Positions 12,681 through 24,880 of a DNA stretch of 54,638 bases are shown piece after piece. The translations under genes were made by a program, and so were the position numbers. The notes under the pieces were generated by a model. It saw only the letters and a program-made list of their open reading frames with translations. It made no database searches and was not told the DNA's origin. Location of the stretch: NCBI RefSeq assembly GCF_004010195.1, contig NC_057751.1:16233267-16287904 (forward strand). The letters are read 5' to 3'. Positions within the stretch are counted from its first letter, which is position 1. Each line of letters begins with the position of its first letter. Origin of the DNA: Chiloscyllium plagiosum (Eukaryota).

Positions 12681-13912
12681 CACTAATACCCAGGGTTCCC
12701 AGGCACTAATACCCAGGGTTCCCAAGCGTTAATACCCAGGGTTCCCAGGCACTAATACCCAGGGTTCCCAGGCGTAAATACCCAGGGTTCCCAGGCACTA
12801 ATACCCAGGGTTCCCAGGCACTAATACCCAGGGTTCACAGGCACTAATACCCAGGATTCCCAGGCGTAAATACCCAGGGTTCCCAGGCACTAATACCCAG
12901 GGTTCACAGGCACTAATACCCAGGGTTCCCAGGCACTAATGCCCAGGGTTCCCAGGCACTAATACCCAGGATTCCCAGGCGTAAATACCCAGGGTTCACA
13001 GGCACTAATACCCAGGGTTCCCAGGCACTAATGCCCAGGGTTCCCAAGCGTTAATACCCAGGGTTCACAGGCACTAATACCCAGGGTTCCCAAGCACTAA
13101 TATCCAGGGTTCCCAGGCGTTAATACCCAGGGTTCCCAGGCGTTAATACCCAGGGTTCCCAGGCACTAATACCCAGGGTTCCCAGGCGTTAATACCCAGG
13201 GTTCCCAGGCGTTATACCCAGGGTTCCCAAGCACTAATACCCAGGGTTCCCAGGCATTAATACCCAGGGTTCCCAGGCACTAATACCCAGGGTTCCCAGG
13301 TGTTAATACCCAGGGTTCCCAGGCGTTAATACCCAGGGTTCCCAGGCACTAATACCCAGGGTTCCCAGGCATTAATGCCCAGGGTTCCCAAGCGTTAATA
13401 CCCAGGATTCCCAAGCGTTAATACCCAGGGTTCCCAGGCGTTAATACCCAGGGTTCCCAGGCACTAATACCCAGGGTCCCCAGGCACTAATACCCAGGGT
13501 TCCCAGGCGTTAATACCCAGGATTCCCAAGCGTTAATACCAAGGGTTCCCAAGCGTTAATACCCAGGGTTCCCAATCGTTAATACCCAGGGTTCCCAGGC
13601 GTTAATACCCAGAGTTCCCAGGCACTAATACCCAGGGTTCCCAAGCATTAATACACAGGATTCCCAAGCGTTAATACCCAGGGTTCCCAGGCACTAATAC
13701 CCAGGGTTCCCAGACGTTAATACCCAGGGTTCCCAGGCGTTAATACCCAGGGTTCCCAGGCACTAATACCCAGGGTTCCGGGTTCCCAGGCGTTAATACC
13801 CAGGGTTCCCAGGCACTAATACCCAGGGTTCCCAAGCATTAATACACAGGATTCCCAAGCGTTAATACCCAGGGTTCCCAGGCACTAATATCCAGGGTTC
13901 TGAGGCGTTAAT
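12681..13912. repeat. 23-bp minisatellite (CACTAATACCCAGGGTTCCCAGG)
   Basis: ~53 tandem units with CACT/CGTT variants. Confidence 0.96.
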
Positions 13913-14835
13913 ACATCCTGTCCCGTGACGTATACGCTGATTGTTTTGTTATTCTGTGTGTGGTGTTGGAATAGAGCGCCTACGATCTCTGAAAAGCATT
14001 GAGGTAGCATGGAGCCAGATTCGAGGTGGGGGAAGGGGGAATGGGTTCCGTGGGTGAGGCGGTTGGCGCTTGTAATGTCGACAGGACGTTGACAGTTTGC
14101 GGCCTGTGGTTTCTGAGGCTCCACTTGCGTCATCTCAACTCTCCTCCCTCCCCTCCAGCCCTCCAAACCCCACCCCCCCTGGGGAGTGACATCGAAGGCT
14201 GAACAGCGAGCCCCTCCTGGTCAGGGCACAGCAAGATCCCACGGGCGGTGGGGGGGGGAATGGCCTGGCCAATCCATTTTGGGAGTGGGATTGAGGGAGG
14301 GTGGTGTAGAGACCCCTTCCTGTGCCCGAATGCCAAGCACGATGAACCCAACAAGGTGGCACTCTGTACTCTCAACCCTCTGCCCCCTCACCTCCACCCT
14401 CCCCCCTCCCACCCCACCAACCCGTCGGGTGATACCACTGGGCAAGCCCGTTCCTCACAGCAACAGAACCCTGTCAGTCGCGGGTCCACCCCACCCCACG
14501 CTCTCTCTCTCTCTCTCTCCCTGAGTCACGCTTGTTCTGGGGTGGGAGATGGGGGAGCGGGAAGTGGGCACGTTTCTTTTCGCTCTGTTTCCCCCCACCT
14601 CCAGGTGCCCGTTTGGACACGTGGCGTTCCGATTTCCGCAACGGAAGGTTCTGAGAGGCACTGTGAGCGAGCCCCGGGCAGGCTGGGGTGGGGGCGGGGT
14701 GGTGGGGTGGGGGAAGGGATGTGTCGGTGACGCATGGAACAGCCTGTCCCACATCCTCCAGAGAACAACATAACATCGCGGTGACATCTCAGGCCCTGAT
14801 TGAATGGAAACTGCTTCAGTAACCTCAGAGAGAGA

Positions 14836-15649
14836 NNNNNNNNNNNNNNNNNNNNNNNNNNNNNNNNNNNNNNNNNNNNNNNNNNNNNNNNNNNNNNNNN
14901 NNNNNNNNNNNNNNNNNNNNNNNNNNNNNNNNNNNNNNNNNNNNNNNNNNNNNNNNNNNNNNNNNNNNNNNNNNNNNNNNNNNNNNNNNNNNNNNNNNNN
15001 NNNNNNNNNNNNNNNNNNNNNNNNNNNNNNNNNNNNNNNNNNNNNNNNNNNNNNNNNNNNNNNNNNNNNNNNNNNNNNNNNNNNNNNNNNNNNNNNNNNN
15101 NNNNNNNNNNNNNNNNNNNNNNNNNNNNNNNNNNNNNNNNNNNNNNNNNNNNNNNNNNNNNNNNNNNNNNNNNNNNNNNNNNNNNNNNNNNNNNNNNNNN
15201 NNNNNNNNNNNNNNNNNNNNNNNNNNNNNNNNNNNNNNNNNNNNNNNNNNNNNNNNNNNNNNNNNNNNNNNNNNNNNNNNNNNNNNNNNNNNNNNNNNNN
15301 NNNNNNNNNNNNNNNNNNNNNNNNNNNNNNNNNNNNNNNNNNNNNNNNNNNNNNNNNNNNNNNNNNNNNNNNNNNNNNNNNNNNNNNNNNNNNNNNNNNN
15401 NNNNNNNNNNNNNNNNNNNNNNNNNNNNNNNNNNNNNNNNNNNNNNNNNNNNNNNNNNNNNNNNNNNNNNNNNNNNNNNNNNNNNNNNNNNNNNNNNNNN
15501 NNNNNNNNNNNNNNNNNNNNNNNNNNNNNNNNNNNNNNNNNNNNNNNNNNNNNNNNNNNNNNNNNNNNNNNNNNNNNNNNNNNNNNNNNNNNNNNNNNNN
15601 NNNNNNNNNNNNNNNNNNNNNNNNNNNNNNNNNNNNNNNNNNNNNNNNN
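14836..15649. other. Assembly gap (others: 4863-5033, 17822-18020, 27532-28031, 29978-30256, 45994-46152)
   Basis: Runs of N. Confidence 1.
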
Positions 15650-16150
15650 GGCCAATCCACCCTAACCTGCACATCCCTGAGCACTATGGGTAATTTAGCA
15701 TGGCCAATCCACCCTAACCTGCACATCCCTGAGCACTATGGGTAATTTAGCATGGCCAATCCACCCTAACCTGCACATCCCTGAGCACTATGGGTAATTT
15801 AGCATGGCCAATCCACCCTAACCTGCACATCCCTGAGCACTATGGGTAATTTAGCATGGCCAATCCACCCTAACCTGCGCATCTGAGCACTATGGGTAAT
15901 TTAGCACGAAACTCCACCCTAACCTGCACATCCCCGAGCACTATGGGTAATTTAGCATGGCCAATCCACCCTAACCTGCACATCCCTGAGCACTATGGGT
16001 AATTTAGCATGGCCAATCCACCCCACCTGCACATCCCTGAGCACTATGGGTAATTTAGCATGGCCAATCCACCCTAACCTGCACATCCCTGAGCACTATG
16101 GGTAATTTAGCATGCCCAATCCACCCTAACCTGCACAGCCCTGGACACCA
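15650..16150. repeat. 52-bp SINE-derived tandem array
   Basis: Unit CCAATCCACCCTAACCTGCACATCCCTGAGCACTATGGGTAATTTAGCATGG, ~9-10 copies after the gap. Confidence 0.95.
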
Positions 16151-16504
16151 ATGGAGCAAGTTGCACTCTGGGGGAATGGGGTTCCTTCGGGAATTCCCGA
16201 TGGGATTTCTCAGGGGACTGTCTGATAGTGATAGACTCTGTTCTGCTCTTCCCCAACAAGAGGAAGCAGTCCCCCTGGAGCCTTTCCATCGAAGACCTGT
16301 CAAGGATTTGAAACACCACTATTAGGCCACCCCTTACCCTTGGGTTTTGAAGGGGCGGGTTCCAGGTTGCCAACCCTTTTCTTATATATCATCCTTCCAA
16401 GACCCTCTCCAGTGTCTCCGCATCCCTTTTCCAATCGGGAATATGTTGCCATTGGTCTCACCCGAGACTTATCTCTTCCGAAGAATAGAAATGGGTTCTC
16501 GTAG

Positions 16505-17090
16505 CGCAGAGGGACATAGGTTTAGGGTGAGAGGGGAAAGATATAAAAGAGACCTAAGGGGCAACGTTTTCACACAGAGGGTGGTACGTGTATGGAATGA
16601 GCTGCCAGAGGAAGTGGTGGAGGCTGGTACAATTGCAACATTTAAGAGGCATCTGGATGGGTATATGAATAGGAAGGGTTTGGAGGGATATGGGCCGGGT
16701 GCTGGCAGGTGGGACTAGGTTGGGTTGGGACCGAAGAGTCTGTTTCTATGCTGTACATCTCCATGACTGTAAACGTTAACCCTTTCATACCTGGGACTAC
16801 TCTTGTGAACCTCCTCTGAACACATTCGAAGACAGGTCCATCCTTCCTGAGATATGGGGCCCAAAACTGTGCACAATGCTCCAAATGTGGTCTGACCTGA
16901 GCCTTATAGAGCCTCGGGTGTCCATCCCTGCTTTGATATTCAAGTCCTCTCAAAATAAATGCTGTCACTGTATTTGCCTTCCTAACTATTGACTCGACCT
17001 GCAAGTTTACCTGTAGAGAACCCTGGACGAGAACTCACAAGTCTCTTTGCACTTCAGACTTCGGAATTTTCTCCCCCTTGAGAAAATAGT
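16505..17090. mobile_element. Two opposed CR1-like LINE fragments
   Basis: + strand 16505-16770 (GHRFRVRGERYKRDLRG); - strand 16775-17090 (RPHLEHCAQFWAP). Confidence 0.85.
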
Positions 17091-17585
17091 CCATGCCTCC
17101 CCTCAGCTGGCCACTCACCCACTCTCCCCCCTTCCAGTTGCCCCCTCTCCCAGTCTCTACCCCCACCCAGTTGAAGTCACACAAATTGGGCTCCTCTCTG
17201 TCCTCAGGATCCAATCCCTTCAAGCCAGCTCTTCCAGAAGGGTGGATCTCCACACGGGGATTCGTCCAAATTACAGGCCCAGCAAAAGTAGGTCAATTCC
17301 GCAGCGGGAAAACTCCCCAGATCAAAGCCACCACCCGCCCTGTTGAACGCGATGATCTCAGAAGCGAAATTAACCCCAGATGTCACTTCACTTTTCAAAT
17401 GAGTAGCAGGGTATTCCCTTGCTCAGCGGTAGAAAGTACAAAAGTACAAAACAAATAGAGACCAGACTGATTTCTGTTTTTTTTTCTCTCTGGTTCAGTT
17501 CCCCAGATGACTCAACGGCCTCCTGCACCCCAGACGTCCCCATGGTTCCAGTTAGTCAAATAGCAACTGACACTACAGGGTGCTT

Positions 17586-18185
17586 GTCATAGAGATGTAC
17601 AGCACGGAAACAGACCCTTCGGTCCAACCCGTCCATGCTGACCCAGATATCCCAACCCAATCTCGGCCCACCTGCCAGCACCCAGCCCATATCCCTCCAA
17701 ACCCTTCCTATTCATATACCCATCCAAATGCCTTTTAAATGTTGCAATTGTACCAGCCTCCACCACTTCCTCTGGCAGCTCATTCCATACATGTACTACC
17801 CTCTGTGTGAAAAGGTTGCCCNNNNNNNNNNNNNNNNNNNNNNNNNNNNNNNNNNNNNNNNNNNNNNNNNNNNNNNNNNNNNNNNNNNNNNNNNNNNNNN
17901 NNNNNNNNNNNNNNNNNNNNNNNNNNNNNNNNNNNNNNNNNNNNNNNNNNNNNNNNNNNNNNNNNNNNNNNNNNNNNNNNNNNNNNNNNNNNNNNNNNNN
18001 NNNNNNNNNNNNNNNNNNNNACAGTGGCCTAACCAATGTCCTGTACAGCCGCAACATGACCTCCCAACTCCTGTACTCAATACTCTGACCAATAAAGGAA
18101 AGCATACCAAACGCCTTCTTCACTATCCTATCTATCTGCGACTCCACTTTCAAGGAGCTATGAACCTGCACTCCAAGGTCTCTAT
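17586..18185 (-). mobile_element. CR1/HER1-like LINE 3' fragment (gap inside)
   Basis: Same RT C-terminal motifs on the minus strand. Confidence 0.88.
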
Positions 18186-19130
18186 GTTCAGGAACATTTG
18201 AGGACTCTGGGTTTAACCTCGGAGTTTAGAAGGATGAGGGGGGAGCTAATTGAAACTTACAAAACACTGGACAGAATGGATGTTGGGCAAATGTTTCCAT
18301 TGGTAGCAGAGACTAGGACCCGAGGGCACAGGCTCAGAGTAAAGGGAAGACGTTTTAGAACAGAGATAAGGAGAGAAATGTCTTCAGTCAGGGAGTGGGG
18401 AATCTATGGAATTCATTGCCACAGAAGGCTGTGGGGGCCAGGGCACTGAGTATTGATAGTTGCTTGAGTGTTGGGGGGATCAAGGGTTAAGGGGAGAAAG
18501 CTGTCCTTCACCCTCAGCCCACGAAACCATCCCCATGGGCCGAGCAAGGACCACACGTCCTCCAGATTACTTGAGGTTTGTCTCCAATATGGCCACAAGC
18601 CAAACGTGGCACTGCGCCTCTCTCAGCGAACAGCACAGTGAAATGATCGCAGGCTAATTATAGCGTCAAGTACGTCTCCTAAAACTGAATCATACGGATT
18701 TGCAATTAACTCCAGCTCCCGGCGAAATTAGCGCTTTGGGGAGATGTGCAAATTAATAAGGCCCATTTAGTACATTAATCGAGGGGACTTGACAGAGCAG
18801 ACACTAAGAAATTGTATCCAGACCCATGGAATGGGGATATAAAACACAATAGAGATGGGGTTTCCAGCGAGATCCTTGCGGCCAACCACTCCAAAGGGAA
18901 TTGGGGGGTCTACATCCATGAATCGTGTGCAAATTCAGCGGGAAACAGGGAATGTTGGCCTTTATTTCAAAGGAACAAGGGTACAAACATTCTGTTAAAC
19001 CCACATAAGGCCCTACGTCGGAGCACAGTTGGAATACCTTGAATGGTTTTGGGGCCCCGTGTCTAAGGGAAGATAGACTGACCATCGGAGGCACTCTACA
19101 GAAGGTTCACTCGGCTGAAGCTGCCGTGGC

Positions 19131-20180
19131 CAATGTAGGCGGCAATACAAATGCAGCACGCTGTGCCCAATGTAGGCGGCAATACAAATGCAGCACACTG
19201 TGCCCAATGTAGGCGGCAATACTAATGGAGCATGCTGTGCCCAATGTAGGTGGCAATACAAATGCAGCACACTGTGCCCAATGTAGGCGGCAATACAAAT
19301 GCAGCATGCTGTGTCCAATGTAGGTGGCAATACAAATGCAGCATGCTGTGCCCAATGTAGGTGGCAATACAAATGCAGCACACTGTGCCCAATGTAGGTG
19401 GCAATACAAATGCAGCACGCTGTGCCCAATGTAGGTGGCAATACGAATGCAGCACACTGTGCCCAATGTAGGCGACAATAGAAATGCAGCACGCTGTGCC
19501 CAATGTAGGTGGCAATACGAATGCAGCACACTGTGCCCAATGTAGGCGGCAATACAAATGCAGCACGCTGTGCCCAATGTAGGTGGCAATACGAATGCAG
19601 CACACTGTGACCAATGTAGGCGGCAATACAAATGCAGCACACTGTGCCCAATGTATGCGGCAATACTAATGCAGCACACTGTGCCCAATGTAGGTGGCAA
19701 TACAAATGCAGCACACTGTGCCCAATGTAGGTGGCAATACAAATGCAGCACCCTGTGCCCAATGTAGGTGGCAATACAAATGCAGCACGATGTGCCCAAT
19801 GTAGGCGGCAATACAAATGCAGCACACTGTGCCCAATGTAGGCGGCGATACAAATGCAGCACACTGTGCCCAATGTAGGTGGCAATACAAATGCAGCACG
19901 CTGTGCCCAATGTAGGCGGCAATACAAATGCAGCACACTGTGCCCAATGTAGGCGGCGATACAAATGCAGCACCCTGTGCCCAATGTAGGTGGCAATACA
20001 AATGCAGCACGATGTGCCCAATGTAGGCGGCAATACAAATGCAGCACACTGTGCCCAATGTAGGCGGCGATACAAATGCAGCACACTGTGCCCAATGTAG
20101 GTGGCAATACAAATGCAGCACACTGTTACCAGTGTAGGTGGCAATACAAATGCAGCACACTGTGCCCAATGTATACAAAT
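19131..20180. repeat. 37-bp minisatellite (CAATGTAGGCGGCAATACAAATGCAGCACACTGTGCC)
   Basis: ~28 units; explains the long spurious Cys/His-rich ORFs with 37-aa periodicity. Confidence 0.96.
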
Positions 20181-20357
20181 GTGGGAGCTTCTGCACACAC
20201 ACACACACACACACACAGAGGGGAGAGAGAGAGAGAGAATAGTTCACAAGGAAGAAGCAAACAGCTTCTGGGGAGTTTGACCATAATGCACCCTCCCCCT
20301 CCCCTCCCCTCCCCTCCCCTCCCCCCGGGGGGGCGGGAGCTGAGCACGCGCGCCTCC

Positions 20358-20532
20358 CACGTCAGTTTCCCGGGCAGGGTGTTTCCTGGAGCTCGCGGCG
20401 ATGACGTCTCCCCGCCTAATTAGGACAGTCCGCAGCAAGGGGGGGCGTGGCGGAGGAGGGAGTCCCCCGTGACGACAATGCCCTAATAAGGACAGGCTCC
20501 CGGCGGGCGGTTCCGGCCTCGGCGCTTATAAA
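20358..20532 (+). promoter_or_regulatory. DUSP2 proximal promoter (immediate-early type)
   Basis: CpG-rich. CRE-like CACGTCA 20358-20364, TGACGTC 20402-20408, TGACG 20470-20474; perfect CArG boxes CCTAATTAGG 20415-20424 and CCTAATAAGG 20482-20491; NF-kB consensus GGGAGTCCCC 20458-20467; GC box; ETS core TTCCGG 20511-20516; TATAAA 20527-20532. Confidence 0.8.
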
Positions 20533-20557
20533 GCAGCAACAGGCGGCTCCCGCAGGA

Positions 20558-20640
20558 GCTTCAGACAACGGTACCTGGAGAGGAGTTATAATCCCACAAC
20601 ATCCCTCCATCAGTCCGAACGCTAGCTCCTGACCCTGACT
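20558..20640 (+). other. DUSP2: Probable non-coding exon 1 of DUSP2 (start approximate)
   Basis: Begins ~30 bp after the TATA box and ends at consensus donor GTGAGT (20641). Matching acceptor (T-rich tract ...ACAG) ends at 21770, 50 nt before the ATG. Confidence 0.65.
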
Positions 20641-20699
20641 GTGAGTATTCTTGCTTCAGTGGGACAGAATTGGAATCAAAAACTGTGGGAAAAATCAGT

Positions 20700-21612
20700 C
20701 TCTTTTGCAATCTTCAGAAACATTTCAATATTGTGTTGGATAAAGTTGATCTAACAGTGTGGGTGCTGTCCTTTTGAGAGACAGATTGAGTCTTAAGTCC
20801 GGGGGGTGAGCCGTAAAAAATTGTGATTTCTTTTCAATCTTCAGAAACACTTCAATATTGTGTTAAATAAAACTGATCTAACAGTGTGGGTGCTGTCCTT
20901 TTGAAAGAGAAAATTGTTCCATAATTTAGGGCTGTCCTTTTGAGAGAGAGATTGAGCTTTAAGTCGGGTGGTGAGCCGTAAAAATTGTGATTTATTTTGC
21001 AATCTTCAGAAACACGTCAATATTGTGTTGGATAAAGTTGATCTAACAGTGTGGGTGCTGTCCTTTTTGAGAGACAGATTGAGTCTTAAATCGGGGGGGT
21101 GAGCCGTAGAAATGGTGATTTCTTTTGCAATCTTCAGAAACACCTCAATATTGTGTTAAATAAAACTGATCTAATAGTGTGGATGCTGTCGTTTTGAAAG
21201 AGAAAATTATTCAAATATTTAAAGCTTTCCTTTTGAGAGAGAGATTGTGCTTTAAGTCGGGGTGAGCCGATAAAAATGGTGATTTCTTTTGCAATCTTCA
21301 GAAACATTTCAATATTGTGTTGGATAAAGTTGATCTAACAGTGTGGGTGCTGTCCTTTTGAGAGAGAGATTGAGCTTTAAGTCGGGTGGTGAGCCGATAA
21401 AAATGGTGATTTCTTTTGCAATCTTCAGAAACACTTCAATATTGTGTTAAATAAAACTGATCTCACAATGTGGGTGCTGTCCTTTTTGAGAGACAGATTG
21501 AGTCTTAAGTCGGGGGGGTGGGGTGAGCCGTAGAAATGGTGATTTCTTTTGCAATCTTCAGAACCATTTCAATATTGTGTTGGATAAAGTTGATCTAACA
21601 GTGTGGGTGCTT
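20700..21612. repeat. ~128/164-bp AT-rich tandem repeat in the DUSP2 leader intron
   Basis: CAATCTTCAGAA recurs at ~20708, 20836, 21000, 21128, 21292, 21420, 21553. Confidence 0.92.
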
Positions 21613-21820
21613 TCCTACTTAACAGAAGTAGTTCCTTAAATTGGTTGGAGGGGGGTGGGAGCTGTAAAAATTTCTTGTCGTTCAGAAATGATTTCAATTG
21701 TCAGAAGAGTTTGGAAGTGGTGTTAACTGTGTGTGTTTGGGTGTTGTTTTGTTTTTTTCTGAAAACACAGACAACCCCCTCCCCTGTGGCTGGAGTAATT
21801 TGTGGATTGCACCCTTGAAC

Positions 21821-22196
21821 ATGGTCACCACTGAGCCCCTGGAGATTGACAGCTGCCAGTTGATGCACTTGTTGGTGGAGGCTCAGATGCGCCCCCTGGT
21901 GCTGGACTGCCGCTCCTTCCTGAACTTCAACGCCTCCCACATTCGGGGCTCCCACAATGTCTACTGCAACTCCATTGTCAAGCGCAGGTCCAAAGGTGCC
22001 ATCACCCTGGAATGCATCCTGGCCGAGGAGAGCGTCCGCGCTGGCCTGAGGGGCGGCCGCTACCCCACGGTGGTGGTGCTGGACGAGAGGAGCCTGGGTT
22101 TCGCCTCGCTGACCGGTGACCACATGGATAAGCTGGTCCTCAGCACCCTCATCTCTCAGCTGGATGCCCACAGCGTCCGCACCTACTTCCTGAAAG
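21821..22196 (+). CDS. DUSP2: Dual-specificity phosphatase 2 (PAC-1), coding exon 1 (rhodanese/CH2 domain with kinase-interaction motif)
   Basis: Kozak aacATGg; MVTTEPLE...VLDCRSF...SHIRGSHNV.CNSIVKRRSKG...YFLKG; donor GTAAGA at 22197; phase 1. Confidence 0.95.
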
Positions 22197-22964
22197 GTAA
22201 GACTGACCTCCAATCCAAAAACACAAAATGGGTACGTTTAGGTGGATTTGCCCATGGTGTTGGGCAGCCAGGGGTAACTATGGGTCTGGGGTGGATTACC
22301 CTTCGGAGGGTCAGTGTGGACTTGTTGGGCCGAAGGGCCTGTTTCCACACTGTGGGGAGTCCAATTTAATCAAAGTGGCCGGAGAGGCAGAAAAAGCTGT
22401 TGGAGGGCTGCAAGATTTATTCCCTTCCACCCAGCCCAGAGATGAACTCTGTACGTTTGGGGGATTTTGCCCTCCTGGCTCAGGGATAGGGGCGCTGCCA
22501 CAGAGGAACTCTAGATAGAGCACACAAGACGGTATTGCATTTCCAGCGAATGTCTGTCCCACCCCCAATGTTTTTTTCTAAAAAAAAATGATTTGTGTGA
22601 ATTGAGTGAACCTGCCCCCAACCTCAGGAAGCTGCCACAAGTGGTGCCCCTTTCTCTACAAGCGACGTGTGTGTTGTGTTCCCCGACCGAACCTCTGAGT
22701 GCTTGCTGCGTTTCAGAACGCAGTTCAGCTCCTAGATCAGAAACGCCACCCTGCACTCATCTCTCTCTCTCTCTCTCTGTTGCCAGTCTACCCTCTCTTC
22801 CCAGTAGGCAAGGAGAGCCCCTAGTTTAGAGAGGGTTGCCATTAAACTAGATGCAGATATTCAGCAGATCTGGCCACAACCGTGGCGAGAGAGAGAGAGA
22901 GAGAGTGAGAGATTTTCTCTCTCTTCACAGGGACAGAGTGATCTTACAGCAACAGTTTGGAGGC

Positions 22965-23485
22965 AAGTGAGTCACACAGCATGGAAACTGGTCCTTCGGC
23001 CCAACTCGTCCATGCTGTCCCGGGTTTCCTAAACCGAACTCTGCCCATTTGCCAGCGATTGGCCCACGTCCTTCTAAACCTTTCCTATCCATGTCGCTGC
23101 CCAGATGCCTTTTAAATGCTGCAATTGTACCAGCCTCCACCACTTCCTCTGTGTGAAAATATTAGGTCTCTTTTATATCGTTTCCCCTCTCACCTTAAAC
23201 CTATGCCCCTCGAAGTCCTGGACTCCCCCACCCCAGGGGGAAAAGACCTTGTCTATTCACCCTATCCGTGAGCCCCTCATGATTTTATAAACCTCTATAA
23301 GGTCACCCCTCAAGCCTCCAGGGAAAATGAACTCCTGAGAACTCAAAACGTACCAGTCCTGGTGACCTCCTTCCTGCATCCTTTCCTGGAGAATAATATC
23401 CTTCCTATGAGCAGGGCGACCGGAATTGTAGGCAATATTCCCAAACCTGGCCTCCCCAGAGTCTTGTACTCAATGCGCTGACTGA
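22965..23485 (-). mobile_element. CR1/HER1-like LINE 3' fragment in a DUSP2 intron
   Basis: VEAGTIAAFKRHL motif and 3'UTR. Confidence 0.85.
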
Positions 23486-23571
23486 TGGAGTTCCATTCGG
23501 GGAACTTGGTTTTGCTAGCACCTATCCAGTGCTGTTTTCTAAACCTCTTTCTCTCTCTCTCTCACTCACAG

Positions 23572-23690
23572 GAGGTTACGAAACCTTTCACTCGCTGTTC
23601 CCTGGCATGTGCACACAGATTGCCAAGCCTTGCCCAGAGGGGAGCCCTGGTGAAGCTCCAGCTTTCCGATCCATGCCATTGTGCGATCGG
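23572..23690 (+). CDS. DUSP2: DUSP2 coding exon 2
   Basis: Pyrimidine tract + CAG at 23571; GGYETFHSLFPGMC...PLCDR; donor GTGAGA at 23691; 119 nt, frame consistent with neighbours. Confidence 0.93.
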
Positions 23691-23913
23691 GTGAGATTTC
23701 GGAAGGGAGGGCAAGGTTTGGGGTCGGGTGTGGGGTCGGGGGAGCTTGCAGAGTGGGCGAGCTGAGGCTGCCAGACTTGCGCTCTCGGAGCACGAGCTGA
23801 GGCCATTCGGCCCATCGAGGTCGGTGGAGGAAGGAGCTGATACTCGTTGGCATTTAGGAGAACGAGGGGCAGCCCTTATCGAAATGTAGAAGATTCTCAG
23901 AGGGGACTTTGAG

Positions 23914-24420
23914 ACGGCACGGTGGACTCAGTGGTTAGCACCTCTGCCTCACAGCACCAGGGTCCCAGGTTCGATTCCAGCCTCGGGCGACTGTCTGTGT
24001 GGAGTTTGCACATTCTCCCCCCCTGTGTCTGTGTGGGTTTCTTCCAGGTGCTCTGGTTTCCTCCCACAGTCAAAGATGCGCAGGTTAGGGTGGATTGGTC
24101 ATGCTAAATTACCCATAGTGCTCAGGGATGTGCAGGTTAGGGTGGATTGGCCATGCTAAATTACCATAATGCTCAGGGATGTGCAGGTGAGGGTGGATTG
24201 GCCGTGCTAAATTACCCATAGTGCTCAGGGATGTGCAGGTGAGGGTGGATTGTCCATGCTAAATTACCCACAGTGCTCAGGGATGTGCAGGTTAGGTGCA
24301 TTAGTCAGAGGTAAATGTTGGGTAGGGGGGAAAGGATCTGAGGGGGTTCCTTTTCAGAGGATCGGTGTGGACCTGTTGGGCCGAAGGGCCTGTTTCCACA
24401 TTGTCAGGATTCTATTCAAT
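23914..24420 (+). mobile_element. HE1-like SINE with internal 52-bp tandem expansion (DUSP2 intron)
   Basis: Head, ~4 units, tail. Confidence 0.88.
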
Positions 24421-24880
24421 TCTAGGAGACTTGATTTGGAGGGGGGGGGGCAGGGAGATGTGCAGAGGTTGTCTCTCCCTCTTGGGAGAGTCCAGTACCA
24501 CAGGGTATAATCTCGGAATAAGGGGCTGCAGACAGATGAGGAGGAGTTCCGAGGGGACATCCTTTACCGCGAGAAGCTGTCTGGGCTGGCTCGCAAAGTC
24601 TATTGGCCAACTATCTTTAACGTTCGGGTACGTTCACGGTGGGGGTTGCAATCGGGAAAGGGGAGTCCCGATTTACGCCAGTTAAATGGAGTGGAGGATG
24701 ATTGAAGGGGTGGTGAGGACCCGATGGGCTGAATGGTCAATCTGTACTGCCCAGGGGACCCTTATTGTTAGGTTTTCTGGTGAATCTGGGCTTTGTGCCA
24801 GGGTTAGAGCCAGCGGGGCGTGAGACCTTCGCCAGTCACGGTCGGTGTCTAACCCGTCTTATTTAAATTTCTCTCCGCAG

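Noticed and set aside
12681..13912. Short regularly repeated units (also 3.5, 7.5 and 19 kb) as possible CRISPR arrays
   Set aside because: Head-to-tail units with no unique spacers, no cas genes, and a eukaryotic context.
14455..15745. Long ORFs spanning X runs (also 27.2-28.1 kb and 29.9-30.4 kb)
   Set aside because: Artefacts of N gaps.
19013..20247. Long Cys/His-rich ORFs (364-369 aa)
   Set aside because: They are translations of a 37-bp tandem repeat, with no unique flanks or splice context.
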